Shown: positions 47,887 through 57,911, counted from the first letter of the stretch. The stretch is 64,000 nt of DNA from Candidatus Woesearchaeota archaeon (GCA_047602765.1 JBLKOL010000002.1:10597-74596), one strand, 5' to 3'. Numbers and translations: made by a program. Notes: a model not told the origin generated them from the sequence alone.

Positions 47887-48320
47887 ACCGCTCGAAGTCT
47901 GATGAGTTGAGGCGAAGGCTCGATCCGCAGGCGTACCGTGTGACGCAGGAGGGAGCAACCGAGCCTCCGGGTTCTTCGCCGCTCGATTCGGAGTTCGGCG
48001 ATGGCATCTATGTCGACATCGTTTCCGGCGAGCCGCTCTTCTCTTCGAAGGACAAGTACGATGCGGGGTGCGGGTGGCCGAGCTTCGCGCGTCCGATCGA
48101 TAATTCTGCGCTCGCCGAGCGCGAGGACCGCTCGCACGGCATGGTGCGTGTCGAGGTCCGTTCCGCTCGTGCCGATTCGCACCTGGGCCACGTCTTCTCC
48201 GACGGTCCTCGTCCGGGTGGTCTTCGCTACTGTATCAATGGAGCCGCGCTTCGCTTCGTCCCGCTCGAGGACCTTGAGCGTGAAGGGTACGGCTCGTACC
48301 GCGCGCTCTTCGATCGGTGA
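47874..48320 (+). CDS. msrB: Peptide methionine-R-sulfoxide reductase MsrB.
   Basis: HLGHVF…RYCINGAAL motifs. Zn CxxC pairs. Confidence 0.9.
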   Translation: MEGVNRSKSDELRRRLDPQAYRVTQEGATEPPGSSPLDSEFGDGIYVDIVSGEPLFSSKDKYDAGCGWPSFARPIDNSALAEREDRSHGMVRVEVRSARADSHLGHVFSDGPRPGGLRYCINGAALRFVPLEDLEREGYGSYRALFDR

Positions 48321-48371
48321 GCCGGATGACGAGCACGTAACGGATATAAGGATAGGATCGGTACCGCGACG

Positions 48372-48773
48372 ATGCTACCGCATGAGATCGTACAACGTCT
48401 CCGGTATGAGTCTAGGCGGAATCCTGAGCGCGTCGTAACGCATACCGGTATCTCGAGGTATCGGCTCGGTCGTATGACTGATAGAGCACAAGGGTATCTG
48501 ACGCTACGTGAACTCGAAAGCATCGCTCGCGGTCTCGAACTCGAGCCGCTGGTGATTACCGAACCCTTGGAGCTGAAGGATAAGAAGCCGTTCACCCTTG
48601 TTCATGAACGCAACTCTGAGGGTTTAGAAGGATACATCAAACGCGTAGCCGGCCTCTCAGTCTCACCATCGATCGGAATGCACACGCTCCACGATATGCT
48701 GACAGAGCGCGAATTCGTACTGGTGTACCTCGCGGAGCACGCCGATCCTACGGGTCGATCTGATCTTCGGTGA
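48372..48773 (+). CDS. Putative XRE-like HTH protein.
   Basis: THTGISRYRLGRM…LTLRELESIARGLEL helix-turn-helix pattern. Confidence 0.45.
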   Translation: MLPHEIVQRLRYESRRNPERVVTHTGISRYRLGRMTDRAQGYLTLRELESIARGLELEPLVITEPLELKDKKPFTLVHERNSEGLEGYIKRVAGLSVSPSIGMHTLHDMLTEREFVLVYLAEHADPTGRSDLR

Positions 48774-48920
48774 GCAAGCCTTTGAGGTCGGGACCGCTCC
48801 GTTCGTATCTCTCGAACCGCTCACGAACATCGGAACGGGCAGGACCCGCAGTTATGCGCATGGCCCTGACAAGAGGAAACCTGCATAACTCTCAAAAGGA
48901 GGTCTTCGGCCTCCGCTACG

Positions 48921-49823
48921 ATGCGTGAAACAGAGAAGGACCATGCTGATGATGTGTCGACGACCGGATTGCACCATATCACGGCGGTCTGCTCGGATGG
49001 GAAGAGGAACGTCCGTTTCTACACGAAGGTCCTCGGGCTCTCGTTCGTGAAGAAGACGGTGAACCAAGATGACGTGGGTTCGTACCACCTCTACTACGGT
49101 GATGGCACGGGAAGTCCGGGTACGCTTATCACGTTCTTCACGTGGGATCTGCCTCCCGCTCGCAGCGGCCATCCGTTCGCGACGAGCGTCTCGTTCTCCG
49201 TCGGTGACCTCGATGCGTGGAAGAGCCACCTCACAGAACACAGGATCGCGTTCGACGTGCTCGAACGTTTCGGTGATCGATCGCTCAGGCTTGCGGATCC
49301 TGACGGGCTGACCATCTATCTCTCCGAGCATCCGATGCCTTCTCGCATTTCGAGTGGCACTCCACCGATGCACGGCGTTTCGGGGGCTGGGCTCTCGCTC
49401 GCCGATCCTGGTGTGAGCATCGGCTTGCTCTCAGCGTTCGGATTCTCCGAGGTCTTCGAAGACGGCGATCTGACGCGATACGTACATCCGGCTTCTTCGA
49501 CGTTCGTCGAGATCGCCAAGGATACGACTCGAGGCTCGCTCGGTTCGGGATCGATCCACCACGTAGCCTTCGGCGTCGATCCCGAAGATCAAGAGCGGGT
49601 CAGAGAGGGCATCGCTTCGCGAGGATTCTCTCCGACCCCAATCATCGAGCGGTTCTACTTCCGGTCGGTGTACTTTAGGGAGGCGAACGGGTCGCTTTTC
49701 GAGATCGCGTCGAACGGACCGGGGTTCTTCGTCGATGAGGAGGTTCTCGGCTCTCGACTCGTGCTCCCGCCGTGGCTTGAAGAGCACCGTGAACGCATCG
49801 AGAGGGGGCTTCCTGAACTATGA
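48921..49823 (+). CDS. Two-domain VOC (glyoxalase/ring-cleaving dioxygenase) family protein.
   Basis: Duplicate GLHHI…VRFYTKVLGL and HHVAFGV… VOC modules. Confidence 0.7.
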   Translation: MRETEKDHADDVSTTGLHHITAVCSDGKRNVRFYTKVLGLSFVKKTVNQDDVGSYHLYYGDGTGSPGTLITFFTWDLPPARSGHPFATSVSFSVGDLDAWKSHLTEHRIAFDVLERFGDRSLRLADPDGLTIYLSEHPMPSRISSGTPPMHGVSGAGLSLADPGVSIGLLSAFGFSEVFEDGDLTRYVHPASSTFVEIAKDTTRGSLGSGSIHHVAFGVDPEDQERVREGIASRGFSPTPIIERFYFRSVYFREANGSLFEIASNGPGFFVDEEVLGSRLVLPPWLEEHRERIERGLPEL

Positions 49824-50410
49824 GATCGGTCCGTATCGAGGGGAGTGCTCCGCGGCTCATCGTGTTTCATGGCACGGGTGGTGACGAGCACGATCTGATC
49901 GACCTTGCGCATGCGATCGCTCCTGCACATGCGATCGTCTCGTATCGGGGTATCGTCGAAGAGAACGGTATGCTCCGGTGGTTCCCGCGTCGCGGTCCGA
50001 ACGTCTTCGACGAAGCAGAGGTACGCGAGCACATCGATCGTATCATGGCAGGGCTTCGTGCCGAGTTCTCGGACGACGATCTCGCTTCGAGTGTGTTTCT
50101 CGGGTATTCGAACGGCGCGAACGCGATCGCATCCATGCTCCAACGCGGCCTTCCGATAAGGCGCGCCGCACTTCTGCATCCGATGCTCGTACTCTCCGAT
50201 GAGCGCGTGCTCGATGGTGTCGATGTGTTCGTCTCGACTGGAGAGCATGATGTGATGATCCCTGCTGTCGAGTCCGACAGACTCGTCGGGTTCTTCGAAC
50301 GAGCCGGTGCGAGCGTGTCGTATCATCGATTCGCAGGAGGACATGCGATCAGCCGCGCTGAGGTCGAAGCGATCACGACGTGGTTCACGGGTCGATCCGA
50401 TCCTCGGTGA
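49820..50410 (+). CDS. Alpha/beta-hydrolase (phospholipase/carboxylesterase family).
   Basis: IVFHGTGGDEHDL…GYSNGANAIA (GxSxG-like) pattern. ATGA overlap with the upstream gene. Confidence 0.7.
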   Translation: MRSVRIEGSAPRLIVFHGTGGDEHDLIDLAHAIAPAHAIVSYRGIVEENGMLRWFPRRGPNVFDEAEVREHIDRIMAGLRAEFSDDDLASSVFLGYSNGANAIASMLQRGLPIRRAALLHPMLVLSDERVLDGVDVFVSTGEHDVMIPAVESDRLVGFFERAGASVSYHRFAGGHAISRAEVEAITTWFTGRSDPR

Positions 50411-50708
50411 GCGAGCGTTTGAGGTCGTGGAAGCTTCGTTGGATCGATTTCTCGAGTTCTACGAACCGGTCGTCCTCTTCGGCGAGTCGTACGGCTTCGC
50501 GCAGCACCATGCGCGCGTGCAGGTTCGGTCTGAGCGCATCTGAGAGGAGCGCGACCCGACCTGACGGGTCTGATCCGTCGAGGTAGCGGTCGATGAGGTC
50601 TATGTACGCTGCGAGGAACTCGGGGATCCGATCAGCGGTTTCAGCTTCGTCGAGCATGCTCGTCAGCTCGTTGAGCAGTTGTGCGTGTACGTCCTCTTTG
50701 AAGGCCAT
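50385..50708 (-). CDS. Hypothetical acidic helical protein.
   Basis: Native composition. Convergent 26-nt overlap with the esterase gene. Confidence 0.4.
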   Translation of the reverse strand: MAFKEDVHAQLLNELTSMLDEAETADRIPEFLAAYIDLIDRYLDGSDPSGRVALLSDALRPNLHARMVLREAVRLAEEDDRFVELEKSIQRSFHDLKRSLTEDRIDP

Positions 50709-50804
50709 GTTCAGGGTGCTTCGTGCGGGTTTATCTCACTTGTGCGCGGTTCCGACGCGTGTTTTCGGCGCAAACTACATATACGAGGAGCGCCTCGGAA
50801 GAGC

Positions 50805-51104
50805 ATGTGTGACCCGTTCAAGGGGGACATCGCCGGCTACGTGCAGTTCATGGTCGCACGTGGTATCTCTCCGCGGTTCACTGATGCGCGTGCGTTCTAC
50901 GAATTGCTCGAAGAGGGGTTCATCGGCCCGTATACGTCGATCGGACTCGAGGATGGGGTATCGACGATCGGTATCAGAAGGAAGAACGGCGTGTTCGAGA
51001 CGAGCGGTGGTGTCGAACTCGACAACCTCGATTCGCTCCTCGATGGTCCGTGGTACCTTGAGAGTTTCGATCGTACGCCGCTCTACGAACGCGGCTTCAA
51101 GTAG
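50805..51104 (+). CDS. Hypothetical protein (99 aa).
   Basis: Protein-like plus-strand ORF. The competing 223-aa minus ORF has antisense-like composition. Confidence 0.4.
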   Translation: MCDPFKGDIAGYVQFMVARGISPRFTDARAFYELLEEGFIGPYTSIGLEDGVSTIGIRRKNGVFETSGGVELDNLDSLLDGPWYLESFDRTPLYERGFK

Positions 51105-51107
51105 CTG

Positions 51108-51539
51108 GTGGCGTTCGATATACCAAAGTTTCTTCGATGTGTATTCATAAGGCGTCAGAACGTACTCGGGGCCATGCCATACGCTCGGTGCACGCAGGAG
51201 TCGTACAGCCACCTCGATCACGTGGTTGCTCACAAGCTCTCGGAATTCGAGCGCAGGGGTTCGATGATCCGGTTCGATGGGTCTTCGGGGCTCGAAGGGA
51301 TCTTCAGGTTCCACCACGAGGGTTTGCTCGATGATCGCACCGTAGTCGAAGTGCATCGTCCGAGCGGTGTTTCGGTCGAATTCTATTGGAGTCCAGATGA
51401 TGCTCAGCTCAAGAGGGATCCTCGTGGACCAGGCGTGAGCGTTCAAGATGCGCTCCAGGATTGTAATTCATATACGCTCCACCTGAACATGCCGTACGTG
51501 CGCGATCGCGTCGCACGGCTCCGCTCTGAGCGCAGTTGA
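51108..51539 (+). CDS. Hypothetical protein.
   Basis: Co-directional ORF immediately after 50805..51104. Confidence 0.35.
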   Translation: MAFDIPKFLRCVFIRRQNVLGAMPYARCTQESYSHLDHVVAHKLSEFERRGSMIRFDGSSGLEGIFRFHHEGLLDDRTVVEVHRPSGVSVEFYWSPDDAQLKRDPRGPGVSVQDALQDCNSYTLHLNMPYVRDRVARLRSERS

Positions 51540-51606
51540 ACGTTCCTCGGCTGATCACCGGACAGACGCGGCACAGCTTTAAAACCGACCCGGATACTCA
51601 TGTCTT

Positions 51607-52659
51607 ATGGGAGTCTTCAAGGATATGCTCGGTTCGGGTCAGACGCTCTTCAAGAATCCGAACGCGCTCGAATACGACTTCATACCCAAGCTCATCCCCT
51701 TCCGTGAAGGCGAGCAACGAGAGATCGTCTCGGCCATCATGCCGCTCATGCAACAGCGCAACGGGCGCAACCTCTTCATACACGGAACGCCGGGTATCGG
51801 CAAGACGCTCGCGGTGCGCGCTGTCATGCGCGAGGTCGAAGACGAGACCGAAGAGGTCATCCCGCTCTACGTGAACTGTTGGAACAAGAACACGACGTAC
51901 AAGATCCTCACGCACCTCGTCGAGGAACTCGGCTATCCGTTCACACAGAACAAGCGCACCGAGGAACTCTTCAAGATCCTCAAGGAACGCGTGAACAACG
52001 CATCCGCGGTCTTCGTCTTCGATGAGATCGACAAGGCTGAGGAGCTCGACGTCCTCTACCTGATCCTCGAGGAGATATTCCGCAGTTCGATCATCATGAT
52101 CACGAACCATGAGGAGTGGATCGTACACCTCGACATGCGTATCAAGAGTCGGCTCATGCCCGACCACCTCTCCTTCGAGCCGTATTCGCTCGAAGAGCTC
52201 AAAACGATCCTGCGCGAACGAGCCGAAGCCGCGTTCTACGACGGCGTGATCACCCCTGAACACGTGGGCATCATCGCTCAGAAGACGTTCTCGGCGAAGG
52301 ATGTGCGTACCGGGCTCTTCTTGCTGCGCGAAGCGGGGACGTACGCCGAGTCCGAATCCAAGAAGGCCGTCGAAGCCGAGCACGTCGCTCGTGCCGTTGC
52401 GAAGATCGACGAGTTCAAGATCAAGAACGTCGACGACCTCGACCCGGATCTTCAGAGCGTGCTCTCGCTCATCAAAGAGCACGATGGTGAGCGTATCGGC
52501 TCGCTCTTCGAACGCTATTCGAAGGCTGCGGACGTATCTTACAAGACGTTCCAGCGTCGCGTCGGAAAACTCGAGAAGGGACGCTACATCAGCGTCGATC
52601 ACGTCGAAGGCGGCGAAGGCGGTCGCACGAGCATCTTGCACTACAACGCGAACCGCTAA
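51607..52659 (+). CDS. orc1: Orc1/Cdc6 replication initiator (AAA+ plus winged helix).
   Basis: LFIHGTPGIGKT Walker A, FVFDEIDK Walker B, C-terminal wH (RRVGKLEKGRYISV). Confidence 0.9.
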   Translation: MGVFKDMLGSGQTLFKNPNALEYDFIPKLIPFREGEQREIVSAIMPLMQQRNGRNLFIHGTPGIGKTLAVRAVMREVEDETEEVIPLYVNCWNKNTTYKILTHLVEELGYPFTQNKRTEELFKILKERVNNASAVFVFDEIDKAEELDVLYLILEEIFRSSIIMITNHEEWIVHLDMRIKSRLMPDHLSFEPYSLEELKTILRERAEAAFYDGVITPEHVGIIAQKTFSAKDVRTGLFLLREAGTYAESESKKAVEAEHVARAVAKIDEFKIKNVDDLDPDLQSVLSLIKEHDGERIGSLFERYSKAADVSYKTFQRRVGKLEKGRYISVDHVEGGEGGRTSILHYNANR

Positions 52660-52661
52660 GT

Positions 52662-53681
52662 ATGCGTCCAGAGCCAAGCCCGACGGACGTCCTCACGGAT
52701 GAGGACGTGCGGCGTATCGTGCGCTCGTATGATGAGACGATCTCGATCGAGGAGTACCGCCCTTTGACGTCGGGGAACATGAACCTCCTCTTCGAAGTGG
52801 TCACCGACCGTGGAACGCTCGTGCTCAAGCTCGTCCGCGAAGGATACACACTCGGAAAAGATCTTGTGGTCTATTCGATGCTCGAAGAACGAGGGGTACC
52901 GGTTCCTCGTGTGCTCTTCGTCGATCGCTCGAAGCGCATCGTCTCATTCGAATACTACCTCATGGAGAAGCTTCCAGGGCGCATGCTCCGCTTCACACCA
53001 CTCTCAGATTCTCAGCGCGAGGGACTCTACAGGGTGCTCGGCTCCACGCTCGCACGCATACACTCGATCAGACTCCCCGCGTTCGGATGGCTGCTCGAGG
53101 AGGGAGTCTCGCGTAGGAAGGATCGCTTCGTCGAACCGCTCTCGAACTGGAGGGACACGTTCGTCGAGTGGTACGATACGATCAAACGCGACCTCGGCAC
53201 GTGTGAGAACGCATCTTACGGTTCACTCGATAAGGATTCGTTTCTCGAACTCACCGCTCGTATCGATCGCATCGTTGGGGACCATGCGCATCTTCTCGAG
53301 GATGCAGAGCCTGTCTTGCTCCATAACGATTACACACTGCGAAACGTGCTCGTGATGGACGACCCGTGGCGGGTAACGGGAGTGCTCGATGTCGAATTCG
53401 CACGAGCAGGACACAACGAGCTCGAGCTCGCAGGGCTCGACCACTTCCTCTGTGATCCTGATGATATCCTCGCCTACTCCGAGCAGGCTCATGCGTTCCT
53501 GAAGGTATACACGAGCATACAACCCCTCTCGGATCGTTTCGAAGTACGAAGACCGCTCTACCTGCTCGTCTCGTTGTTCTCGCTCGCGGTATACGAGACG
53601 TTCAAGGAGGGGATCAACGATAATGATGAAGTAGCGTTCCTCTATCGTTCGATCACGCGGATTCTCGATCACTACGAATAG
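52662..53681 (+). CDS. Phosphotransferase (APH-like) family protein, paralog-class of 29921..30895.
   Basis: LLHNDYTLRNVLV…VLDVEFARAGHNELELA catalytic/activation segments. Confidence 0.8.
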   Translation: MRPEPSPTDVLTDEDVRRIVRSYDETISIEEYRPLTSGNMNLLFEVVTDRGTLVLKLVREGYTLGKDLVVYSMLEERGVPVPRVLFVDRSKRIVSFEYYLMEKLPGRMLRFTPLSDSQREGLYRVLGSTLARIHSIRLPAFGWLLEEGVSRRKDRFVEPLSNWRDTFVEWYDTIKRDLGTCENASYGSLDKDSFLELTARIDRIVGDHAHLLEDAEPVLLHNDYTLRNVLVMDDPWRVTGVLDVEFARAGHNELELAGLDHFLCDPDDILAYSEQAHAFLKVYTSIQPLSDRFEVRRPLYLLVSLFSLAVYETFKEGINDNDEVAFLYRSITRILDHYE

Positions 53682-53716
53682 CCTTCAAACACAAAGGCTT
53701 TAACCGCTCAGCAGGC

Positions 53717-54172
53717 GTGGTTCGCATGGATATCAGGCCGTTCTCCGAGGATGATGCGGTGGAGGCATCCGAGTTGATCGGTCGGTGCCTTTCCGAGGTT
53801 ACGAGCAAGCATTATGATGCGCGTGCTATCGAACAGATCCGCGAGGAGTACACGCCTGAGCGGCTCGTCGAGAAGGCTCGGAAGAGCACGATGCTCATAG
53901 CTGAACTCGATGGTCAGGTGGTGGGGACCGTTCGTCTCGAAGGCGATACGATCTTCACGCTCTATGTGGATCCTTCGAAGCATCGGAGCCGTATCGGTTC
54001 GAAGCTCATGACCCAAGTCGAGTCGCTCGCGCGTGAACGCGGATATGCGAGGGTTCGTGTTGAGGCTCTCGTCTCGTCGACCGGCTTCTATGCACGTCGG
54101 GGATACCACAAGGTGCGTGTGATCAGTCAGGTTGGCTTCGGTGACGTCGTCGAGATGGAGCACGTGTTCTAG
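53717..54172 (+). CDS. GNAT-family N-acetyltransferase.
   Basis: QVVGTVRLEGDTIFTLYVDPSKHRSRIGSKLM (motif A) and GFYARRGY. Confidence 0.8.
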   Translation: MVRMDIRPFSEDDAVEASELIGRCLSEVTSKHYDARAIEQIREEYTPERLVEKARKSTMLIAELDGQVVGTVRLEGDTIFTLYVDPSKHRSRIGSKLMTQVESLARERGYARVRVEALVSSTGFYARRGYHKVRVISQVGFGDVVEMEHVF

Positions 54173-54624
54173 TTCACGTACCGTTGGTTCTCATAGGCCC
54201 GTCCGATGTCGAGGTCCTGCATTTGGAACGTTGCGATGCCGCGTGGTCGTTCGCTGTATACGGTGTCTGACATCGCAAGGGTGAGGTGTTCGTACGATGC
54301 GGGCGGCATGTGCCAGTTCGGGATGAGGTAGTGGGTGATTTCGTGTCGTTTCGCCGAGACGCGCATGTCCGGTCTGTCGGCTGCTGCTTCGTTGAGGATC
54401 CAGTAGTCTGATCCGATGATGAATGCTCCGTAGAATCCAGCGGCTGGGTCGTTGATCGTCACATGCGGTATCGCATCATCAACGTAGCCGCCGGTGTAGT
54501 CACGAGGCTCGACCTGATGCGGTTCAGGAGCTGATTCGTACACGACCTGCTCGAGTTCTGAGACGCTTCCTGGAGGATGCGCATCTGTAGTGGGCGCTGG
54601 TTCGAGCGAGTATGGAGTGTTCAT
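54169..54624 (-). CDS. Hypothetical protein with HExxH motif (possible small zinc metallopeptidase-like protein).
   Basis: KRHEITHYLIPNW. Overlaps the serS stop by 4 nt (co-transcribed). Confidence 0.5.
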   Translation of the reverse strand: MNTPYSLEPAPTTDAHPPGSVSELEQVVYESAPEPHQVEPRDYTGGYVDDAIPHVTINDPAAGFYGAFIIGSDYWILNEAAADRPDMRVSAKRHEITHYLIPNWHMPPASYEHLTLAMSDTVYSERPRGIATFQMQDLDIGRAYENQRYVN

Positions 54625-55904
54625 CGCGCGATCCTGTCGAATCCGAGGTAGGGTACGAGTACGTCGGGCATGAGTACGCTGCCATCAGCTTGCTGGTGGT
54701 TCTCCAAGATGGCTGGGATCGCTCGTGAGGTTGCGAGCGCTGTGTTGTTGAGGATGTGCACATGCCTACGTTCTCCTGCTTCGTCATACTTTATGCCGAG
54801 CGGTACGGATTGGTAGTCGGTGCAGTTGCTGCATGAGGTGACTTCTCGGTAGGCTCCGCTCTTCTCGTTCTGTCCGGGGAACCATGCTTCGATGTCGTAT
54901 TGGAGCGCTTGTTTGAGTCCGATGTCGCCTGTGCAGATGTTTACGACGCGGTACGGGATGCTGAGTCCTTCGAAGAGCTCTTCGCTGAACCGTTGTATCT
55001 TCTCGAACCACGCATAGCTCTCTTCGGGTTTGGCGAATACGATCTGTTCGACTTTGTTGAACTGGTGTACGCGGAAGATGCCTTTCGTATCACGACCATG
55101 TGAGCCTGCTTCTTTGCGAAAGCATGATGATACGCCGACGATCTTGTTCGGGAGTTCTGATGGGTGGAACACGTATCCTTCGCGCAGGGCTATGAGCGCG
55201 TGTTCTGAGGTTCCGATGAGGTAGAGGTCTTCGTCTTCGAGCTTGTAGATCGTGTCTTCGAATTCTGAGAGGTTGACGGTTCCAGCGAGGACTTCGCGTT
55301 TGAGTGCGAACGGCGGCATGACGAGTTCGAATTCTTCGGCGCGCAGACGATCGATCGCGTATCGTTGGAGTGCTTGGTCGAGGAGTACGGCTTCTCTCTT
55401 CAAGTAGTACCACCTCGCTCCTGAGACGCGTGCGGCGGTGTCGAGTTCTACGAGGTCGAGCGATTCGAGGAGTTCGATGTGGTCCTTGTGTTCGAAGTCG
55501 AATGCGGGCTTCTCGCCCCATGAGCGCAGTTCGACGTTGTCGTCTTCCGTCTCTCCGGTAGGGACGCTCTCGTGGAGGATGTTTCCGATGGTTTTGAGCA
55601 GCGCATCGCGTTCTTCGAGGAGCTGTTTGGTCCGAGCAGCTTGCTCGTTGATCCGTTTAACATGCGCTTGCATGCGTTCGATGCCCGCCTGTGCTGCCTT
55701 CTCATCCCCGCTCTTCTTCGCGGCATTGATGGATTCGGATACTTCGTTTCTCGTCTTGCGCAGCGTCTGTTCTTCGCGTGCGGACGCCTTCCATGCGTCG
55801 TCGAGTTCAAGGACTTTGTCTACGACGGCAGGGTCTCTTCCACGGCGCGTTTCCGAAGAGCGTACGAGGGTAGGATCCGAGCGGAGTGTTCTGATGTCGA
55901 GCAT
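54621..55904 (-). CDS. serS: Seryl-tRNA synthetase.
   Basis: N-terminal coiled-coil arm. Class II motifs (…FRKEAGSHGRDTKGIFRVHQFNKVEQ…, GLKYDEAGERRHVHILNNTALATSR). Confidence 0.9.
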   Translation of the reverse strand: MLDIRTLRSDPTLVRSSETRRGRDPAVVDKVLELDDAWKASAREEQTLRKTRNEVSESINAAKKSGDEKAAQAGIERMQAHVKRINEQAARTKQLLEERDALLKTIGNILHESVPTGETEDDNVELRSWGEKPAFDFEHKDHIELLESLDLVELDTAARVSGARWYYLKREAVLLDQALQRYAIDRLRAEEFELVMPPFALKREVLAGTVNLSEFEDTIYKLEDEDLYLIGTSEHALIALREGYVFHPSELPNKIVGVSSCFRKEAGSHGRDTKGIFRVHQFNKVEQIVFAKPEESYAWFEKIQRFSEELFEGLSIPYRVVNICTGDIGLKQALQYDIEAWFPGQNEKSGAYREVTSCSNCTDYQSVPLGIKYDEAGERRHVHILNNTALATSRAIPAILENHQQADGSVLMPDVLVPYLGFDRIAR

Positions 55905-55941
55905 GGACGAGTGGTCTTCAGCCGGTTTATATCTGTTCGGG

Positions 55942-56529
55942 TCACGCTGATTCTTGTGTGAGGAAGAGTATGGTGAACGTGGCGATGATGAAGAATACGG
56001 CGAGTCCTATGATCGCTGGGTTGAAGAGGGTTGCTCCCAGATTCTCGCGGAAGCTGTCGGTGTCCGTCGGTGGTACTCCGTTCGATACGGTGGCGTTTCC
56101 GGTGCCCGGCTCGGTGTATTCGAGGAGCGCATCGCCGTATACGGATGCTGCTGCGAATGCGAGGATGATGCCTCCGATGACAATGAAAAGCCAGGTAGCG
56201 CTCTTCCCTTCCGGTCCTCCAAGGCTCTTGAACATCATATCCATGCTCGTGCCTCCCGATATGAAGAGGAATCCGGTTGCTACGAGTACCATGAACAAGA
56301 AGAGGAAGAAGAACCATGGTACGACGAGGATAATGAGCCGTGTGACGTCCGGAAGCGCTATTACGAATATCGCTATGACGAGCGCGATGATCGAGTTGCG
56401 GTTCTTGTTATCCGCGAGCACCGCGGTCTTGCTGAGCAGTGCGAACGAGACGACCCATACGAATATGGCTACGAAGAACGGCAGGGTTGCTCCGAGTACG
56501 GTGCTGATGCCGTCGATCGGTGTCGCCAT
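55942..56529 (-). CDS. Polytopic membrane protein, tandem paralog 3 of 3.
   Basis: N-terminus MATPIDGISTVLGATLPFFVAIFVWVVSFALL is homologous to the next two genes. Confidence 0.6.
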   Translation of the reverse strand: MATPIDGISTVLGATLPFFVAIFVWVVSFALLSKTAVLADNKNRNSIIALVIAIFVIALPDVTRLIILVVPWFFFLFLFMVLVATGFLFISGGTSMDMMFKSLGGPEGKSATWLFIVIGGIILAFAAASVYGDALLEYTEPGTGNATVSNGVPPTDTDSFRENLGATLFNPAIIGLAVFFIIATFTILFLTQESA

Positions 56530-56540
56530 CTATGCTCCTC

Positions 56541-57176
56541 TCAAGTTCTCTCGTTGCCTTGCGATTTGCCAATCTCCTGCAACCCTTTGCCGAGTATTTC
56601 GAAGAAGCCTTTCTTTCCGTCTCCGTCGCCACTGGGAGGATCCGACAAGAGCCATACGAGTAAACCTATGGTAATAGCGACGATGAGGATAACCTGCAGA
56701 ACGCTCTCATCGATGGTATTGAGCCATTCCGAGACACCCCAACTCTCCGGGAACCATCCTGCTGCATGGCCGAATATCGTCGCTACTACGATGACAGATA
56801 CTACGGTGATGAACCCTTGGAAACCCTGTGTCGGCTTTCCGAACGGAACGGGCATCCCAAATGCTGCGAGGAGAAGCCAGAACGCGAAGATCGCAACGAC
56901 CCAGAGCACGACGTTGGGAAGCGCATCTTGCATCATCTTGACCGGGTCGGCTCCGGACGGATAGCTGTTCGTCACCGAGGGTACGACGACCATAAGACCG
57001 ATGATGAGTGCAAGCATGACGTTGAACTTCTTACCCGAACCATCACTATCACCTTTATCGAAGAGCTTGCTCTTCTGCAAGAACGCGAATACGAGGGTGA
57101 ATACCAAAAAGAACGGCAGGAGCGCGTCGTACGCTCCGGACGTCATGAACCACGTGAATATCTGTTCGATCGCCAT
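56541..57176 (-). CDS. Polytopic membrane protein, tandem paralog 2 of 3.
   Basis: MAIEQIFTWFMTSGAYDALLPFFLVFTLVFAFLQK. Shared topology. Confidence 0.6.
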   Translation of the reverse strand: MAIEQIFTWFMTSGAYDALLPFFLVFTLVFAFLQKSKLFDKGDSDGSGKKFNVMLALIIGLMVVVPSVTNSYPSGADPVKMMQDALPNVVLWVVAIFAFWLLLAAFGMPVPFGKPTQGFQGFITVVSVIVVATIFGHAAGWFPESWGVSEWLNTIDESVLQVILIVAITIGLLVWLLSDPPSGDGDGKKGFFEILGKGLQEIGKSQGNERT

Positions 57177-57226
57177 GGGGGTCTCCTCCTGTGATTTCTT
57201 CGGTGATGGTATTTATAAAGATTTGC

Positions 57227-57832
57227 TCACTCATCTCTCGGCGGTACGTTGGGTTTTCCGACGATGAACGCGATCCCTCCTATGATGAGCAGGAGGAGTA
57301 TGACAACGCTCCACAACTCCGATGACGAGCCGGTCAGGCTCGTGCGTACGCCGTCGAATATGATCGAGAGCCAGCTGCGCCCGTCTTCGGTTGTGATCGC
57401 GTTGAGGAATATGAATACGATGGCGGTGACGCTCACCGTGATGAGCCCGTAGAAGAGTACAGGGTTCTGATCTTTGCTGAAGTAGATCCCGTGCTCGGTC
57501 TGCTGCATGAAGCTTCCTATGACGAGCATGATGAGGAAGCTGAGTACGATGAGCAGCACGGTCTGTGCGAGGACTTGGTTGATGATACCGACGAGTTGTG
57601 CTGAGAGTACGACGAAGAGGCCGGTTACGAATGCGACCATCGCGTTGAGGTTCTTCTTGGCGATGTTGATCGGTTCTGAGTCTCCGCTCCGCCAGTACTT
57701 CTCGGTTCCGAGCACGCGCGTCTTGTCGAGGAAGGCGTACATGAGCGTGAAGACGAGCAGGAACGGCAAGATGACGTCGTAGAGTCCGATACTGACGAAC
57801 AGATCGATCGCATTGCGGAGCGCCGATGCCAT
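57227..57832 (-). CDS. Polytopic membrane protein, tandem paralog 1 of 3.
   Basis: MASALRNAIDLFVSIGLYDVILPFLLVFTLMYAFLDK. Shared topology. Confidence 0.6.
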   Translation of the reverse strand: MASALRNAIDLFVSIGLYDVILPFLLVFTLMYAFLDKTRVLGTEKYWRSGDSEPINIAKKNLNAMVAFVTGLFVVLSAQLVGIINQVLAQTVLLIVLSFLIMLVIGSFMQQTEHGIYFSKDQNPVLFYGLITVSVTAIVFIFLNAITTEDGRSWLSIIFDGVRTSLTGSSSELWSVVILLLLIIGGIAFIVGKPNVPPRDE

Positions 57833-57911
57833 ACACGAATCCGTCCGAAGTCGGTTTATATAGTTTTGTAGTATCGGTAGCCTTATAGCATGCGGCCTTC
57901 ACTGCTCGTGT

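Noticed and set aside
50775-51446. Minus 223-aa ORF.
   Set aside because: E/R/V-rich, antisense-like. Two co-directional plus ORFs with native composition are preferred, although with low confidence.
51598-52677. Minus 359-aa ORF across orc1.
   Set aside because: Antisense to Orc1/Cdc6.
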